64,000 bases of DNA from the NCBI GenBank assembly GCA_963709585.1, contig CAVPXI010000021.1, positions 32,001 to 96,000 of the forward strand, in the 5' to 3' direction. Shown piece after piece: positions 51,172 through 60,245 of this stretch. A program made the position numbers and the translations under genes. Source of the stretch: Candidatus Dormiibacterota bacterium. GTDB lineage: Bacteria; Chloroflexota; Dormibacteria; Aeolococcales; Aeolococcaceae. Each line of letters opens with the position of its first letter. Position 1 is the stretch's first letter. The notes beneath the pieces were generated by a model. It was not told where the DNA came from. It saw only the letters and a program-made list of their open reading frames with translations, and made no database searches.

Positions 51172-52209
51172 GTGCAACATCCAGTCCCTCTCGATCAGCG
51201 CAAGCAGCAGATCCTCAAGGCCGTCGTCGCGGACTACACCCGCACGGGCGTCCCGGTGGGGTCGGCGTCGCTCGCCGTCCATCTCGCCACCTGGTCGTCG
51301 GCGACCATCCGCAACGAGCTGGCCACGCTGAGCGAGGTCGGGTACCTGATCCAGCCGCACACCTCGGCCGGGCGCGTCCCCTCCGACCTTGGCTACCGCT
51401 ACTACGTCGACTTCCTCATGGACGAGGAGGACGTCCCGCAGGCGGTGCGGCGGCAGGTCGACCCCTTCTTCGTGGTGATGCCGACCAGCGTCGAGGACAT
51501 CCTCGAGATCGCCGCGACGGCGCTCGCGCAGGCCGCTGATGCGGTCAGCCTGGTCACCGCGCCACGCGCGCTCGGCGTCCGCGTCAAGCACCTCGACCTC
51601 GTCAAGCTCAACGACGGCCAGGCGCTGCTCGTGCTCGTTCTCGAAGGCAACCTCGTCCGCCAGCAGGCGCTGAATCTGACCTCGCCGACCGACCAATCGG
51701 TGCTCAGTGCCATCGCCGCCGGGCTCAACGCGGTCGTCGTCGGCCTCAACGCCGCCGGGATGTTGCGGCTTCCCGCGTCGGTCGGCACCCACGCCGCGCT
51801 CGAGCGCGACCTGCTCACTCAGATCATCGCCTTCATGACCGTGTGCGACGCCCAGCAGGACACGCTCATCCTTCACGACGGGGTGCGCAACCTGCTCCAT
51901 CAACCCGAGTTCGGCGACGTCGAACTCCTCCAGCAGGTCATCGAGGTGGTCGAGGAGGAGCGCATGCTCGCCGCCCTGATCAGCGCCGCCGACCTCGATC
52001 ACGGCATCCAGATCATGATCGGCCGCGAGAGCGGGATGGCCGAGCTGTCGCGCTGCAGCCTGGTGTTGACCACGTACCGCGCCGGCCCCGAACGCCGCGG
52101 CACCATCGGGGTGCTCGGATCCACGCGCATGGCGTATGCGCAGGTCGGGCCGCGGGTCCGCTACGTGGCCCAGCGGGTGGGGCGAGCCGTCGGGCGTGCT
52201 TTGAGCTGA
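51172..52209 (+). CDS. hrcA: Heat-inducible transcription repressor
   Basis: PVGS; SSATIRNE; QPHTSAGRVPSDLGYRYYVD; GVLGSTRM. Confidence 0.96.
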   Translation: MQHPVPLDQRKQQILKAVVADYTRTGVPVGSASLAVHLATWSSATIRNELATLSEVGYLIQPHTSAGRVPSDLGYRYYVDFLMDEEDVPQAVRRQVDPFFVVMPTSVEDILEIAATALAQAADAVSLVTAPRALGVRVKHLDLVKLNDGQALLVLVLEGNLVRQQALNLTSPTDQSVLSAIAAGLNAVVVGLNAAGMLRLPASVGTHAALERDLLTQIIAFMTVCDAQQDTLILHDGVRNLLHQPEFGDVELLQQVIEVVEEERMLAALISAADLDHGIQIMIGRESGMAELSRCSLVLTTYRAGPERRGTIGVLGSTRMAYAQVGPRVRYVAQRVGRAVGRALS

Positions 52210-52228
52210 CCGTGGGCATAGTGAGCGC

Positions 52229-52750
52229 ATGACGACGGACGAGCACGACATCGCGGCCACGCGTCCGGAGGTGGAGGCCGCCGACGACGAGGTCATCGCC
52301 GAGCAGCCGGATGAGCGTGACGCCCGCTATCTTCGCCTTGCCGCGGACTTCGAGAACTTCAAGCGGCGCAAGGCCCAGGAGATCGCCGACCTGCGCCGAT
52401 ACGAGAGCGAGGACGCGGCGCTCGCGCTGCTGCCCGTGCTCGACAACCTGCGCAGGGCTGTCGAGCACGCCGGCGAGGCGGGCGCCGAGGACTTCTTCGT
52501 GAGCGGCCTGCAGCTGGTGGTCCGCGAGTTCGAAACCGCCCTCGAGCGCATCGGTATCACTCCGGTGCCGGCCGTCGGCGAGCGCTTCGACCCGGCGATC
52601 CACAATGCGATTGCCGCAGAGGAATCCGACGACGTCGAGCACGACACCGTGGTCGCCGAGCTCGTCCCCGGCTACCGCCTCCATGACCGCCTGCTCCGGC
52701 CTGCGATCGTCCGCGTGGTGCGGCCCGGCAGCGCCGCCTCCGGGAGCTGA
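52229..52750 (+). CDS. grpE: Nucleotide exchange factor GrpE
   Basis: RLAADFENFKRR; LLPVLDNL; FDPAIHNA; GYRLHDRLLRPA. Confidence 0.96.
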   Translation: MTTDEHDIAATRPEVEAADDEVIAEQPDERDARYLRLAADFENFKRRKAQEIADLRRYESEDAALALLPVLDNLRRAVEHAGEAGAEDFFVSGLQLVVREFETALERIGITPVPAVGERFDPAIHNAIAAEESDDVEHDTVVAELVPGYRLHDRLLRPAIVRVVRPGSAASGS

Positions 52751-53869
52751 GTGGTGGCGACCGTCAAGCGCGACTACTACGAGGTGCTCGGGGTCACCCG
52801 GGACTGCACCCCGGAGCAGTTGAAGACCGCATATCGCAAGCTCGCCATGCAGTACCACCCGGATCGCAACAACGGCGACAAGGGCGCCGAAGACCGGTTC
52901 AAGGAGGTCGGCGAGGCGTACTCGGTCCTCAGCGACCCCCAGAAGCGGCAGCGCTACGACGCTTTCGGCCACGTCGCCGACGGCCCGCAGCCCGACTTCG
53001 GCAACTTCTCATTCAACTCGGCGTTCGACCTCTTCGACATGTTCTTCGGTGGCGGCGGACGTCGCCGTGCGCACACCGGTCCGCAGCGTGGCGACGACCT
53101 TCGCATGAACGTCGAGATCACCTTCGAGGAGGCTGTGTTCGGCGCCAAGCGCACTGTCGAAGTTCCGCGGGCGACGCAGTGCGCGGAGTGCAACGGCTCG
53201 GGAGCCAGGCCGGGCACCACTGCCACGCAGTGCGCGACCTGCTCGGGGAGCGGACAGGTGCGCAGGACGATGCAGTCCATCTTCGGCCAGGTCGCGAGCG
53301 TCACCCCATGCCCGACCTGCCACGGCGAGGGGCAGGTGATCGCCGAGCCATGTTCGGTGTGTCGCGGGCAGGGCCGCATCCAGGGGCGGCACAACGTCGA
53401 GGTCACCATTCCCGCCGGCGTCGACGACGACGTGACCCTGCGCCTGACCGGCGAAGGGGAGCCGGGGCCGCGCGGTGGCCCCTCCGGAGACCTCTACCTC
53501 GGCTTCCGCGTGAAGCCGCATCCGAACCTCGTGCGCCGCGGTCAGGACCTGCTCTACGAGCTCCCCGTGTCCGTGCCTCAGGCCGTTCTCGGTGACACCA
53601 TCACGATCACGACCGTCGACGGTGAGCATCCCGTCGAGGTCCCGCCCGGTACGCAGCCGGGGCGTCAGATCAAGATGCACGGGTTGGGCGTGCCGCACGT
53701 GCGGACCGGGCGTCGCGGTGACCTCATCTGCATCGTGCGCGTTGTCGTGCCGAGCCATCTGGCCCACCAGGACCGTGCGCTGTACGAGCAGCTCGGGGGC
53801 CGCGAAGGCAAGCCGGCTGAAGTGAAGAAGGGGTTCTTCGACTCGATGCGCGAGGCGTTCCGAGGCTGA
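52751..53869 (+). CDS. dnaJ: Chaperone DnaJ
   Basis: DYYEVLGV; HPD; four CxxCxGxG repeats. Confidence 0.97.
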   Translation: MVATVKRDYYEVLGVTRDCTPEQLKTAYRKLAMQYHPDRNNGDKGAEDRFKEVGEAYSVLSDPQKRQRYDAFGHVADGPQPDFGNFSFNSAFDLFDMFFGGGGRRRAHTGPQRGDDLRMNVEITFEEAVFGAKRTVEVPRATQCAECNGSGARPGTTATQCATCSGSGQVRRTMQSIFGQVASVTPCPTCHGEGQVIAEPCSVCRGQGRIQGRHNVEVTIPAGVDDDVTLRLTGEGEPGPRGGPSGDLYLGFRVKPHPNLVRRGQDLLYELPVSVPQAVLGDTITITTVDGEHPVEVPPGTQPGRQIKMHGLGVPHVRTGRRGDLICIVRVVVPSHLAHQDRALYEQLGGREGKPAEVKKGFFDSMREAFRG

Positions 53870-53884
53870 GGCCGCCTCGCCGCC

Positions 53885-54229
53885 CTACCCGGGCGGCCAG
53901 GTCATCTGGCGTCCACCGAGCAGATGGATGTGCAGATGATCGACGGTCTGGCCGCCGCTCTTCCCTGTGTTGACGACGAGGCGGAAGCCGCTTTCGTCGA
54001 TGCCCTCGTCCTGCGCTATGGACTGCGCCACGTGGAGCATCCGTCCCCACAGTCCGTCCTGGGCGGGTGTCAGCTCCGCCACCGACTCGATGTGCTCGCG
54101 AGGGAACACGAGGACGTGGACCGGCGCCTGCGGGTTCACATCGCGGATGGCCAGCACCTGGTCGTCCTCGCGAACGAAGGTCGCCGGGAGCTCGTGTGCC
54201 GCAATGGAGCAGAAGATGCAATCGTTCAT
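53885..54229 (-). CDS. HIT family nucleotide-binding protein
   Basis: DCIFC; QTVDHLHIHLLGGR; WPPG. Confidence 0.95.
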   Translation of the reverse strand: MNDCIFCSIAAHELPATFVREDDQVLAIRDVNPQAPVHVLVFPREHIESVAELTPAQDGLWGRMLHVAQSIAQDEGIDESGFRLVVNTGKSGGQTVDHLHIHLLGGRQMTWPPG

Positions 54230-55488
54230 GAGCGCAGCAGGGTAGCGCGCAGGCGGTCGCCCTCGACGCCATCGGCGCGAACCAGGTCGAGACCTCCCGG
54301 GCGAACACCGGAAACGCCTTCCACGACGACCTCGTGATACCCGGCGGTGAGACCGTGGGCGGTGCGTCCCTCCACCGCGTCCCACGCGACCTCGTGCACA
54401 CGCCCGCACGCGCGGGCGAGCGACCTCGCGCCGGAGCGTTTGGTGGCGCGGCGCACCTCGGCGCTGCGACGCCGGGCGGCCGCATCATCCACCCGTCCGG
54501 CGATCGCCGCCGCCGGGGTTCCTGGGCGCGAGGACCAGCGGAAGACGTGACCCTGGAGAAACCCAACCTCGTCGACGAGTGACAGGGTCTCGGCGTGGTC
54601 ATCCTCGGTCTCGCCGGGAAACCCCACCATGATGTCGGTGGTGAATTCGGTCGATGGGTTCACCTCGCGGAGCGCGTGCACCACCCGCAGGTACTGAGCG
54701 CGCCGATAACCTCGGTGCATCGCGCGCAGCACTCGATCGCTCCCGCTCTGAAGTGGCATATGCCAGTGAGAGCAGATCCGCGGGTGCGCGTTGAGCGCCG
54801 TCAACGCGCTGGAGACGTCGTTCGCGTTGACGCTGCTGAGCCGGATGCGCGCGCTCTCCCCGCACAGGTCGAGGAGCGATGCAAGCAGGGTCGCCAGGTC
54901 GGTACCGATGTCGCGGCCGTAGGATCCGAGGTCGACGCCGCAGAGCACGATCTCTCCATGGCCGGCGTCGATTGCGGCGCGGACGCGATCATGCACGGTG
55001 CGCGCGGGGACGCTCGACGACACGCCGCGCGCCTGCCACACGATGCAGTACGTACAGCGATGGTCGCATCCGTCCTGCACCTTGATGAAGGCACGCGAGC
55101 GCATGAGCGGGGCATGGTGCGCCGGGTCGCTCCGTCGCGACATCGCGAGAACGTGGTCCGCGATCTCGTCCTTGTCACGATTGGCAAAGATCGAGTCGAC
55201 GGTGGTGTACGCGCCGGGGTTTGCGTCGACGCTGCAGCCGGTGAGGACCAGGTGCGCCTCGGGGTCCAGACGGCGGAGCCGGCGAAGACGCTGGCGGGTC
55301 GTGGCGTCCGCCTGCGCGGTGACCGTGCATGAGTTGAGCACGCGGACATCGGCGGTCTCGTGCTCCGGGACGACATCGCACCCGCCTGCAGCCAGCTTGC
55401 CCGCAAGCTCGGCCATCTCCGCGAAGTTCACCTTGCAGCCGAGCGCGGTGATCGCGACCCGCAGCGGGCGATCAGCAGGCGAGCTCAT
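54226..55488 (-). CDS. mtaB: tRNA methylthiotransferase (MtaB-type)
   Basis: LGCKVN; NSCTVT; KVQDGCDHRCTYC; next to rsmE. Confidence 0.88.
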   Translation of the reverse strand: MSSPADRPLRVAITALGCKVNFAEMAELAGKLAAGGCDVVPEHETADVRVLNSCTVTAQADATTRQRLRRLRRLDPEAHLVLTGCSVDANPGAYTTVDSIFANRDKDEIADHVLAMSRRSDPAHHAPLMRSRAFIKVQDGCDHRCTYCIVWQARGVSSSVPARTVHDRVRAAIDAGHGEIVLCGVDLGSYGRDIGTDLATLLASLLDLCGESARIRLSSVNANDVSSALTALNAHPRICSHWHMPLQSGSDRVLRAMHRGYRRAQYLRVVHALREVNPSTEFTTDIMVGFPGETEDDHAETLSLVDEVGFLQGHVFRWSSRPGTPAAAIAGRVDDAAARRRSAEVRRATKRSGARSLARACGRVHEVAWDAVEGRTAHGLTAGYHEVVVEGVSGVRPGGLDLVRADGVEGDRLRATLLRS

Positions 55489-56255
55489 GCTGGCGGTGAT
55501 GCTGCCGCCGCTGCATCGAGGTCACCGGCCCGGGCGAGGAGCAGCGAGGTGGCCACCGCCCCGGCAAGCCGGCTCGGCAGGGTGCGCGGGCCGAGATGAA
55601 CGGTGATGGCTCCGGCGTCGTCGAGAACGCTGAGGTCGGTGACGTCGAGGCCGCCCTCGGGGCCGATCACCAATCCGACGTCCGCGGGCGCCGCCGGGAC
55701 GGCGCGCAGGATCGGCGCCGCGTCCTGACGGATCACGCACGCGAGGATCCGGGTGCCGGCGGGCAGCGCGACCAGGGCTTCTCGCAGCGGGAGGATCGAG
55801 TGCACGTCAGGGGGGGCGGCGCGCCCGGCGAGTTGCGCGGCCTCCCGGGCGATCAGCCGCCAGCGCTCAAGCCGGTGGACGACCCGGGAAGGGTCGGGAC
55901 GGGAGACCGTCCGGTGGGTGAGGACGGGTCGAATCGTCGCCGCACCCGCCTCGGTGAGCGCCTCGACGGTCGCGTCCATCGCCTGCGCGGGAACCGCCTG
56001 GAGGACGTGCACGGCGAGCCGCGGTTCCCCGTCAACCGCCCTGCTCCAGGCGATCGTTCCGCTGACGCGCGTCGGCGTCACCTCGTCCAGCTTCAGCCCG
56101 TGCTCGACCCGGCCGGCCTCGACGATCACGATCGTCTCGCCGACCTGCGCGCGAAGCGCGCGCGAGAGATGGTTGGCATCATTCCCCGTCAAGGTGGCAC
56201 GGCCGCCCGCGACTTGGTCGGGTTCGACGAAGAATCGAGGCACGGCAGCGTGCAT
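55485..56255 (-). CDS. rsmE: 16S rRNA m3U1498 methyltransferase
   Basis: HLSRALR; EAAQL; IGPEGG; LGPRTL. Confidence 0.9.
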   Translation of the reverse strand: MHAAVPRFFVEPDQVAGGRATLTGNDANHLSRALRAQVGETIVIVEAGRVEHGLKLDEVTPTRVSGTIAWSRAVDGEPRLAVHVLQAVPAQAMDATVEALTEAGAATIRPVLTHRTVSRPDPSRVVHRLERWRLIAREAAQLAGRAAPPDVHSILPLREALVALPAGTRILACVIRQDAAPILRAVPAAPADVGLVIGPEGGLDVTDLSVLDDAGAITVHLGPRTLPSRLAGAVATSLLLARAGDLDAAAAASPPA

Positions 56256-56288
56256 GGTGCGGCACCCGCTGCCCGCTATGGTGGTCGC

Positions 56289-57179
56289 GTGGCCGAGGCG
56301 CATCTCACCGCGCGAACAGCCGACGGCGTCGGCCTGTCGGTCGTGGTCACCGGTGACGGCGACCCGCTGCTGCTCATCCCCGGCCTCGGCGCGGGCCGCT
56401 CGGCGTTCAATCCGATCGTCCCCGACCTCGCGAGGGCCCATCGGATCATCACCTTCGACCCCCGCGGGATCGGCGAGTCCGAGGGCGGCGCCAATGCGAC
56501 GATGACCGCGATGGGCCTGGACGCGGTCGCGGTGCTCGACGCGGCGGGTGTCGCATCCGCCGCGGTGTTCGGCGCCTCGATGGGCGGCCTGGTCGCGCAA
56601 CACATGGTGGTCGATCACCCCGATCGGATCGCCGACCTCATCCTCGCCGCCACGTCCCCCGGGGGCGACCATGGCGTCGATCCCAGGCCCGAGGACCAGG
56701 CGGCGCTCCTCGGCAAGGGCGCGCGAACCCCGGAGGAGGCGTACAGGATGGCGTGCACGGTCCTGTACTCACCGCAGTTTCAGCGCACGCACGCGGACTT
56801 CATCGAGGCGCAGATCCGCGAGCGCGCGCTCCACCCGGTGCGCCCGCGCGTGTTCTCGGCTCAGTTCAAGGCCATGTGGCAACCGGATGACTCATTCGAG
56901 CGTTTGGCATCCGTGGCGGTTCCCACGCTCGTCCTGCACGGCACCGAGGACGTGGTCACCCCGTTCGAGAACGCGCGCATCCTCGCGGGCCGGATCCCCG
57001 GCGCGACTCTGCGCCCGTTCGAGGGATGCGGCCATCTGTTCTTTCACGAGCGCCCCACCGAGACCGCGCGCGTGGTGAGCGAGCACCTCCGGCGCGCCGG
57101 ACCGCGTGCTGGTCAGCTTTCGTCGTCGGAGGCCGTGTCCTCCTCGCCGTCCGGCAAGTCGTCGGCCGACGCCTCCTGA
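56289..57179 (+). CDS. Alpha/beta hydrolase
   Basis: FDPRGIGES; GASMGG; GHLFFHE; TATGGT-6nt-GTG start. Confidence 0.88.
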   Translation: MAEAHLTARTADGVGLSVVVTGDGDPLLLIPGLGAGRSAFNPIVPDLARAHRIITFDPRGIGESEGGANATMTAMGLDAVAVLDAAGVASAAVFGASMGGLVAQHMVVDHPDRIADLILAATSPGGDHGVDPRPEDQAALLGKGARTPEEAYRMACTVLYSPQFQRTHADFIEAQIRERALHPVRPRVFSAQFKAMWQPDDSFERLASVAVPTLVLHGTEDVVTPFENARILAGRIPGATLRPFEGCGHLFFHERPTETARVVSEHLRRAGPRAGQLSSSEAVSSSPSGKSSADAS

Positions 57180-58744
57180 CGTCCGCCGGCGGGTTCCGCG
57201 ACGGCGGCACGCACCGGCACCAGCTGAGCCGGCGCGGTGGCGGTGGCGGTCGTCTCCCGGATCACGGTCACCTTGATCACCCCCGGATATTGCATCTCGG
57301 ATTCGATCTCCCGGGCGATCTCGCTGGTCAGCGGCGGCATGTCCGTGTCCTTGACCTGCGACGCCTTGACGAACACGCGAAGCTCTCGACCGGCCTGGAG
57401 CGGAAACGCGCGGTCAACTCCATCGTGACGCGTGGCGATCGTCTGCAGCTGTTCGAGGCGGAGCAGGTAGGTCGCCAGCGTGTCGCGCCGGGCGCCGGGG
57501 CGGGACGCGGAGATCGCATCCGCGCAGATCGTGAGCATCGCGAGGTCGGTTGACGGTTCCTCGTCGAAGTGGTGGGCCTTGACCGCATGGACGATGCCCG
57601 GGTCGACGCCGAGCACCCTGAGCAGCTCGCCGCCGATGATCGCGTGCACCCCCTCGACGTCGTGGTCGACCGCCTTCCCGATGTCGTGGAGCATTCCGGC
57701 TTCGCGGGCCGCACTCTGAGGCAAACCCAGTTCGGCGGCGAGGACGCCGCAGAGATGCCCGGTCTCCTCGCAGTGCAGGAGCGCGTTCTGCCCGTACGAG
57801 AAGCGGTGGTGGAGGGTGCCCACCAGCTCGGCGAGCTCGGGACGACCCTCGATCTGCATGACCCACAGCGCACGCTCACCGACCTCGACGACGCGGCGCT
57901 GGGTGGTGCGACGCGCCCGCTGGATGAGCGGGGGGACCTCGGCCGCCTGCATGCGACGGTCGACGACCTCGAGAGCGGCCTGGCGCGCGATCTCGCGTCC
58001 GATCGGATCCACGGTCCGCAGCGTCGCCTGGTGCTTCTCGGTGTCGATGCCGAGCTCCGCGCCCGTCTGCTCGGCGATCACCGCGAGCGCCGAGAGCACG
58101 CGCTCCTGCGCGTGGTCGTCGAGACCTTCGAGCGAGAAGGGAGAGATCCTTGGCGCGCTGTCGACGTTGGAGGCGTCCTGCCGCTCCACCGCCTGCAGGA
58201 TCAGGTCGTTCGCGCTCGTCTCGACCCGATCGCCGACGATGTCCGCGACCGTCGCCTCGACGAGGGCGGCTCGCTCCGCGGCGAGCTCAGACTGAACCCG
58301 CTCCAGCACCATCAGGGCAGCGGCGTCGCGGTCGAGCGCAGCCTTGGCGCGCAGGTTCTCCTCGATCTGAGCACCCTGCTCGGCGACGCGCGCACGCCGT
58401 TCCTCGATCTCGTCGCGGCGCTTGCGATAGGCGAAGCGGCGCTCGTCGAAGATCTCGCGGCGCTCCCGGAGATGCTTGTGGCGCTCGGCGATGACCGCCT
58501 CCCGGCCCTCGACCGCGACCAGCCGTTCGTTGACCTCTTCCATGGCCGCTTCGTGCAGGTGCAACGCGGCGGTGCGGGCCTCGGCGATCAGCGTGCCGGC
58601 GGACTGGTTGGCGTCGGTCAGGCTGGGGCTGACCAAAGGCGCCGGCGAGCTTTCCCCGGGTCCTCGGCGCGCATTGAGCACGGCGATCGCGCCGACGGCG
58701 GCCAGAATCACGGCGATGACGATCAGGACGGCTGGGATGGTCAT
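57113..58744 (-). CDS. RNase Y-like HD phosphodiesterase with degenerate KH domain
   Basis: N-terminal TM, coiled coil, SYGQN, LHDIGKA, ADAISASRPGARR, QAGRELRV, YPGVIKVTVIRE; KGRIIGREG loop absent. Confidence 0.88.
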   Translation of the reverse strand: MTIPAVLIVIAVILAAVGAIAVLNARRGPGESSPAPLVSPSLTDANQSAGTLIAEARTAALHLHEAAMEEVNERLVAVEGREAVIAERHKHLRERREIFDERRFAYRKRRDEIEERRARVAEQGAQIEENLRAKAALDRDAAALMVLERVQSELAAERAALVEATVADIVGDRVETSANDLILQAVERQDASNVDSAPRISPFSLEGLDDHAQERVLSALAVIAEQTGAELGIDTEKHQATLRTVDPIGREIARQAALEVVDRRMQAAEVPPLIQRARRTTQRRVVEVGERALWVMQIEGRPELAELVGTLHHRFSYGQNALLHCEETGHLCGVLAAELGLPQSAAREAGMLHDIGKAVDHDVEGVHAIIGGELLRVLGVDPGIVHAVKAHHFDEEPSTDLAMLTICADAISASRPGARRDTLATYLLRLEQLQTIATRHDGVDRAFPLQAGRELRVFVKASQVKDTDMPPLTSEIAREIESEMQYPGVIKVTVIRETTATATAPAQLVPVRAAVAEPAGGRQEASADDLPDGEEDTASDDES

Positions 58745-58769
58745 GGGTTGAGGAGCTATCGGGGGACGG

Positions 58770-59684
58770 TCAGGCGCTGACCGCCAGGTCGAATGGGTCG
58801 CTTGCCTCGGCGATGAGCCGCTGGGCGAAGAGGTTGGCGGCGGGAGGCAGGGTGCGTCGCCGGTCCCAGCAGAGGGCCATGGTACGCGCGATGGGCGGAT
58901 CGCGAAGCGGGATCACCGCCACCCGGGTGCTCGGTACCGGCAGCGGCATGGGCATGAGCGTCGTGCCCAGACCGGCCTCGACCAGCCCCTGGACGATCGT
59001 GAAGTCGTCCCCCTCGTAGGCGACGTGGGTGGTCAACCCCTGGGCGGCGAAGGCGGAGTCGATCACCCGCCGGAGCCCGCTTCGGGATCGGGGCAGGATC
59101 AGGGGCTCACCGGCGACGTCCTCGAGGGTGCACGAACTCCGCCCCACCAGGCGGTGGTTGGTCGGGACCACGACGGCGACGCGCTCCCGGAAGAGGGGAT
59201 GGATCTCGAGGTCGGCGACCCCGGTTGGCGGCGGCCCGAGGATGCCGAGGTCGTAGTCGCCGCCAAGGACGCCGCTCATGACCTCTGCGGCCGTGCCCTC
59301 CTCGAGGGTGAAGCGGACTGCCGGATAGCTCTCGAGGAATCGGGCGAGGCGCTCCGGAAGCCAGCGCGCGCCGACGGTGTGGAGGAACGCCACGCAGACC
59401 CGGCCGCTCTCGGCCGCCACTGCTCCCTCGGCTTCGGCGATGGCGTCGCGCAGGTCGTCGAGGATGCGCTCGGCACGCCCGACGAGGCGCCGCCCGGCCT
59501 GGGTCAGGCGGATGTTCCGGCCGATCCGTTCGAAGAGCAGCACCCCGACCTCCTGTTCCAGCCGGGCGATCTTTCGGGATACCGTTGATTGATCAGCCTG
59601 CAGCGCTTCGGCCGCGCGGCTGAGATGTTCGACTTTGGCGACTTCGACAAAAGTGCGGAGAAGATCGGCATTGATGCGGTCCAT
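58770..59684 (-). CDS. LysR family regulator
   Basis: LSRAAEALQADQSTVSRKIARLEQEVGVLLFER; LTQAG; VEAGLG. Confidence 0.95.
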   Translation of the reverse strand: MDRINADLLRTFVEVAKVEHLSRAAEALQADQSTVSRKIARLEQEVGVLLFERIGRNIRLTQAGRRLVGRAERILDDLRDAIAEAEGAVAAESGRVCVAFLHTVGARWLPERLARFLESYPAVRFTLEEGTAAEVMSGVLGGDYDLGILGPPPTGVADLEIHPLFRERVAVVVPTNHRLVGRSSCTLEDVAGEPLILPRSRSGLRRVIDSAFAAQGLTTHVAYEGDDFTIVQGLVEAGLGTTLMPMPLPVPSTRVAVIPLRDPPIARTMALCWDRRRTLPPAANLFAQRLIAEASDPFDLAVSA

Positions 59685-59739
59685 GCATCAATCTCACCCT
59701 AAATGTGCTGTTGATGTCAATGAGCACACCGGGTAGGCT
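59670..59739 (+). promoter_or_regulatory. LysR box ATTGATGC-N7-GCATCAAT plus TTGATG-17-TAGGCT promoter
   Basis: T-N11-A dyad at 59670-59692 centred about 66 nt upstream of GTG 59747; -35 at 59711, -10 at 59734. Confidence 0.75.
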
Positions 59740-59746
59740 AGGCAAC

Positions 59747-60229
59747 GTGATACGAGAACCCGAGGTACTGGATCGTAGTCAGGTAGTCGACCCGGGGCTT
59801 CTCATCGAGAGCGCCACCGAAGAGGTGCACGCCGCCCGCCGCAGGCATCGCCGCGAGGTTGTCGAGCGGACCCGTCTGCGCCGGCTGGTCGAGCGGGTCG
59901 ACAGCGCAATCGAGCTCTGCGAGGAAACCCACCTCCAGGGCATCAAAGAGGTCCCCTCGGATGTCGCGGAACGGGCGCACAAGGTGTTCGTCTTCGCACG
60001 CGGCGCCGTCCGGAAGACCGGCGACGTCGACGCACTCTCCACGGTCGAGACAGCCCTCGCGCGCCGTCAGGTCAAGATCACCGAGGTCATGGACATCCTC
60101 TGGACGATTCAGGAGGTCGTGTTCGACCTGATGCTCCCCTGGCGGACGCAGCTTCCCGAGGATGTCGAGCCCGAGGGCGACGAGGCGTCGTTGGTGGGTT
60201 TCTGGAGAGAGTTCCGCCTCCACCCGTAA
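59747..60229 (+). CDS. Hypothetical all-helical protein divergent from lysR
   Basis: Open 160-aa frame with promoter directly upstream; no recognisable motif. Confidence 0.7.
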   Translation: MIREPEVLDRSQVVDPGLLIESATEEVHAARRRHRREVVERTRLRRLVERVDSAIELCEETHLQGIKEVPSDVAERAHKVFVFARGAVRKTGDVDALSTVETALARRQVKITEVMDILWTIQEVVFDLMLPWRTQLPEDVEPEGDEASLVGFWREFRLHP

Positions 60230-60245
60230 ACGCCACAATCCGCGG

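Noticed and set aside
57113-58744. Calling this gene canonical rny
   Set aside because: The KH GxxG loop is missing; the symbol is withheld until paralogs are checked
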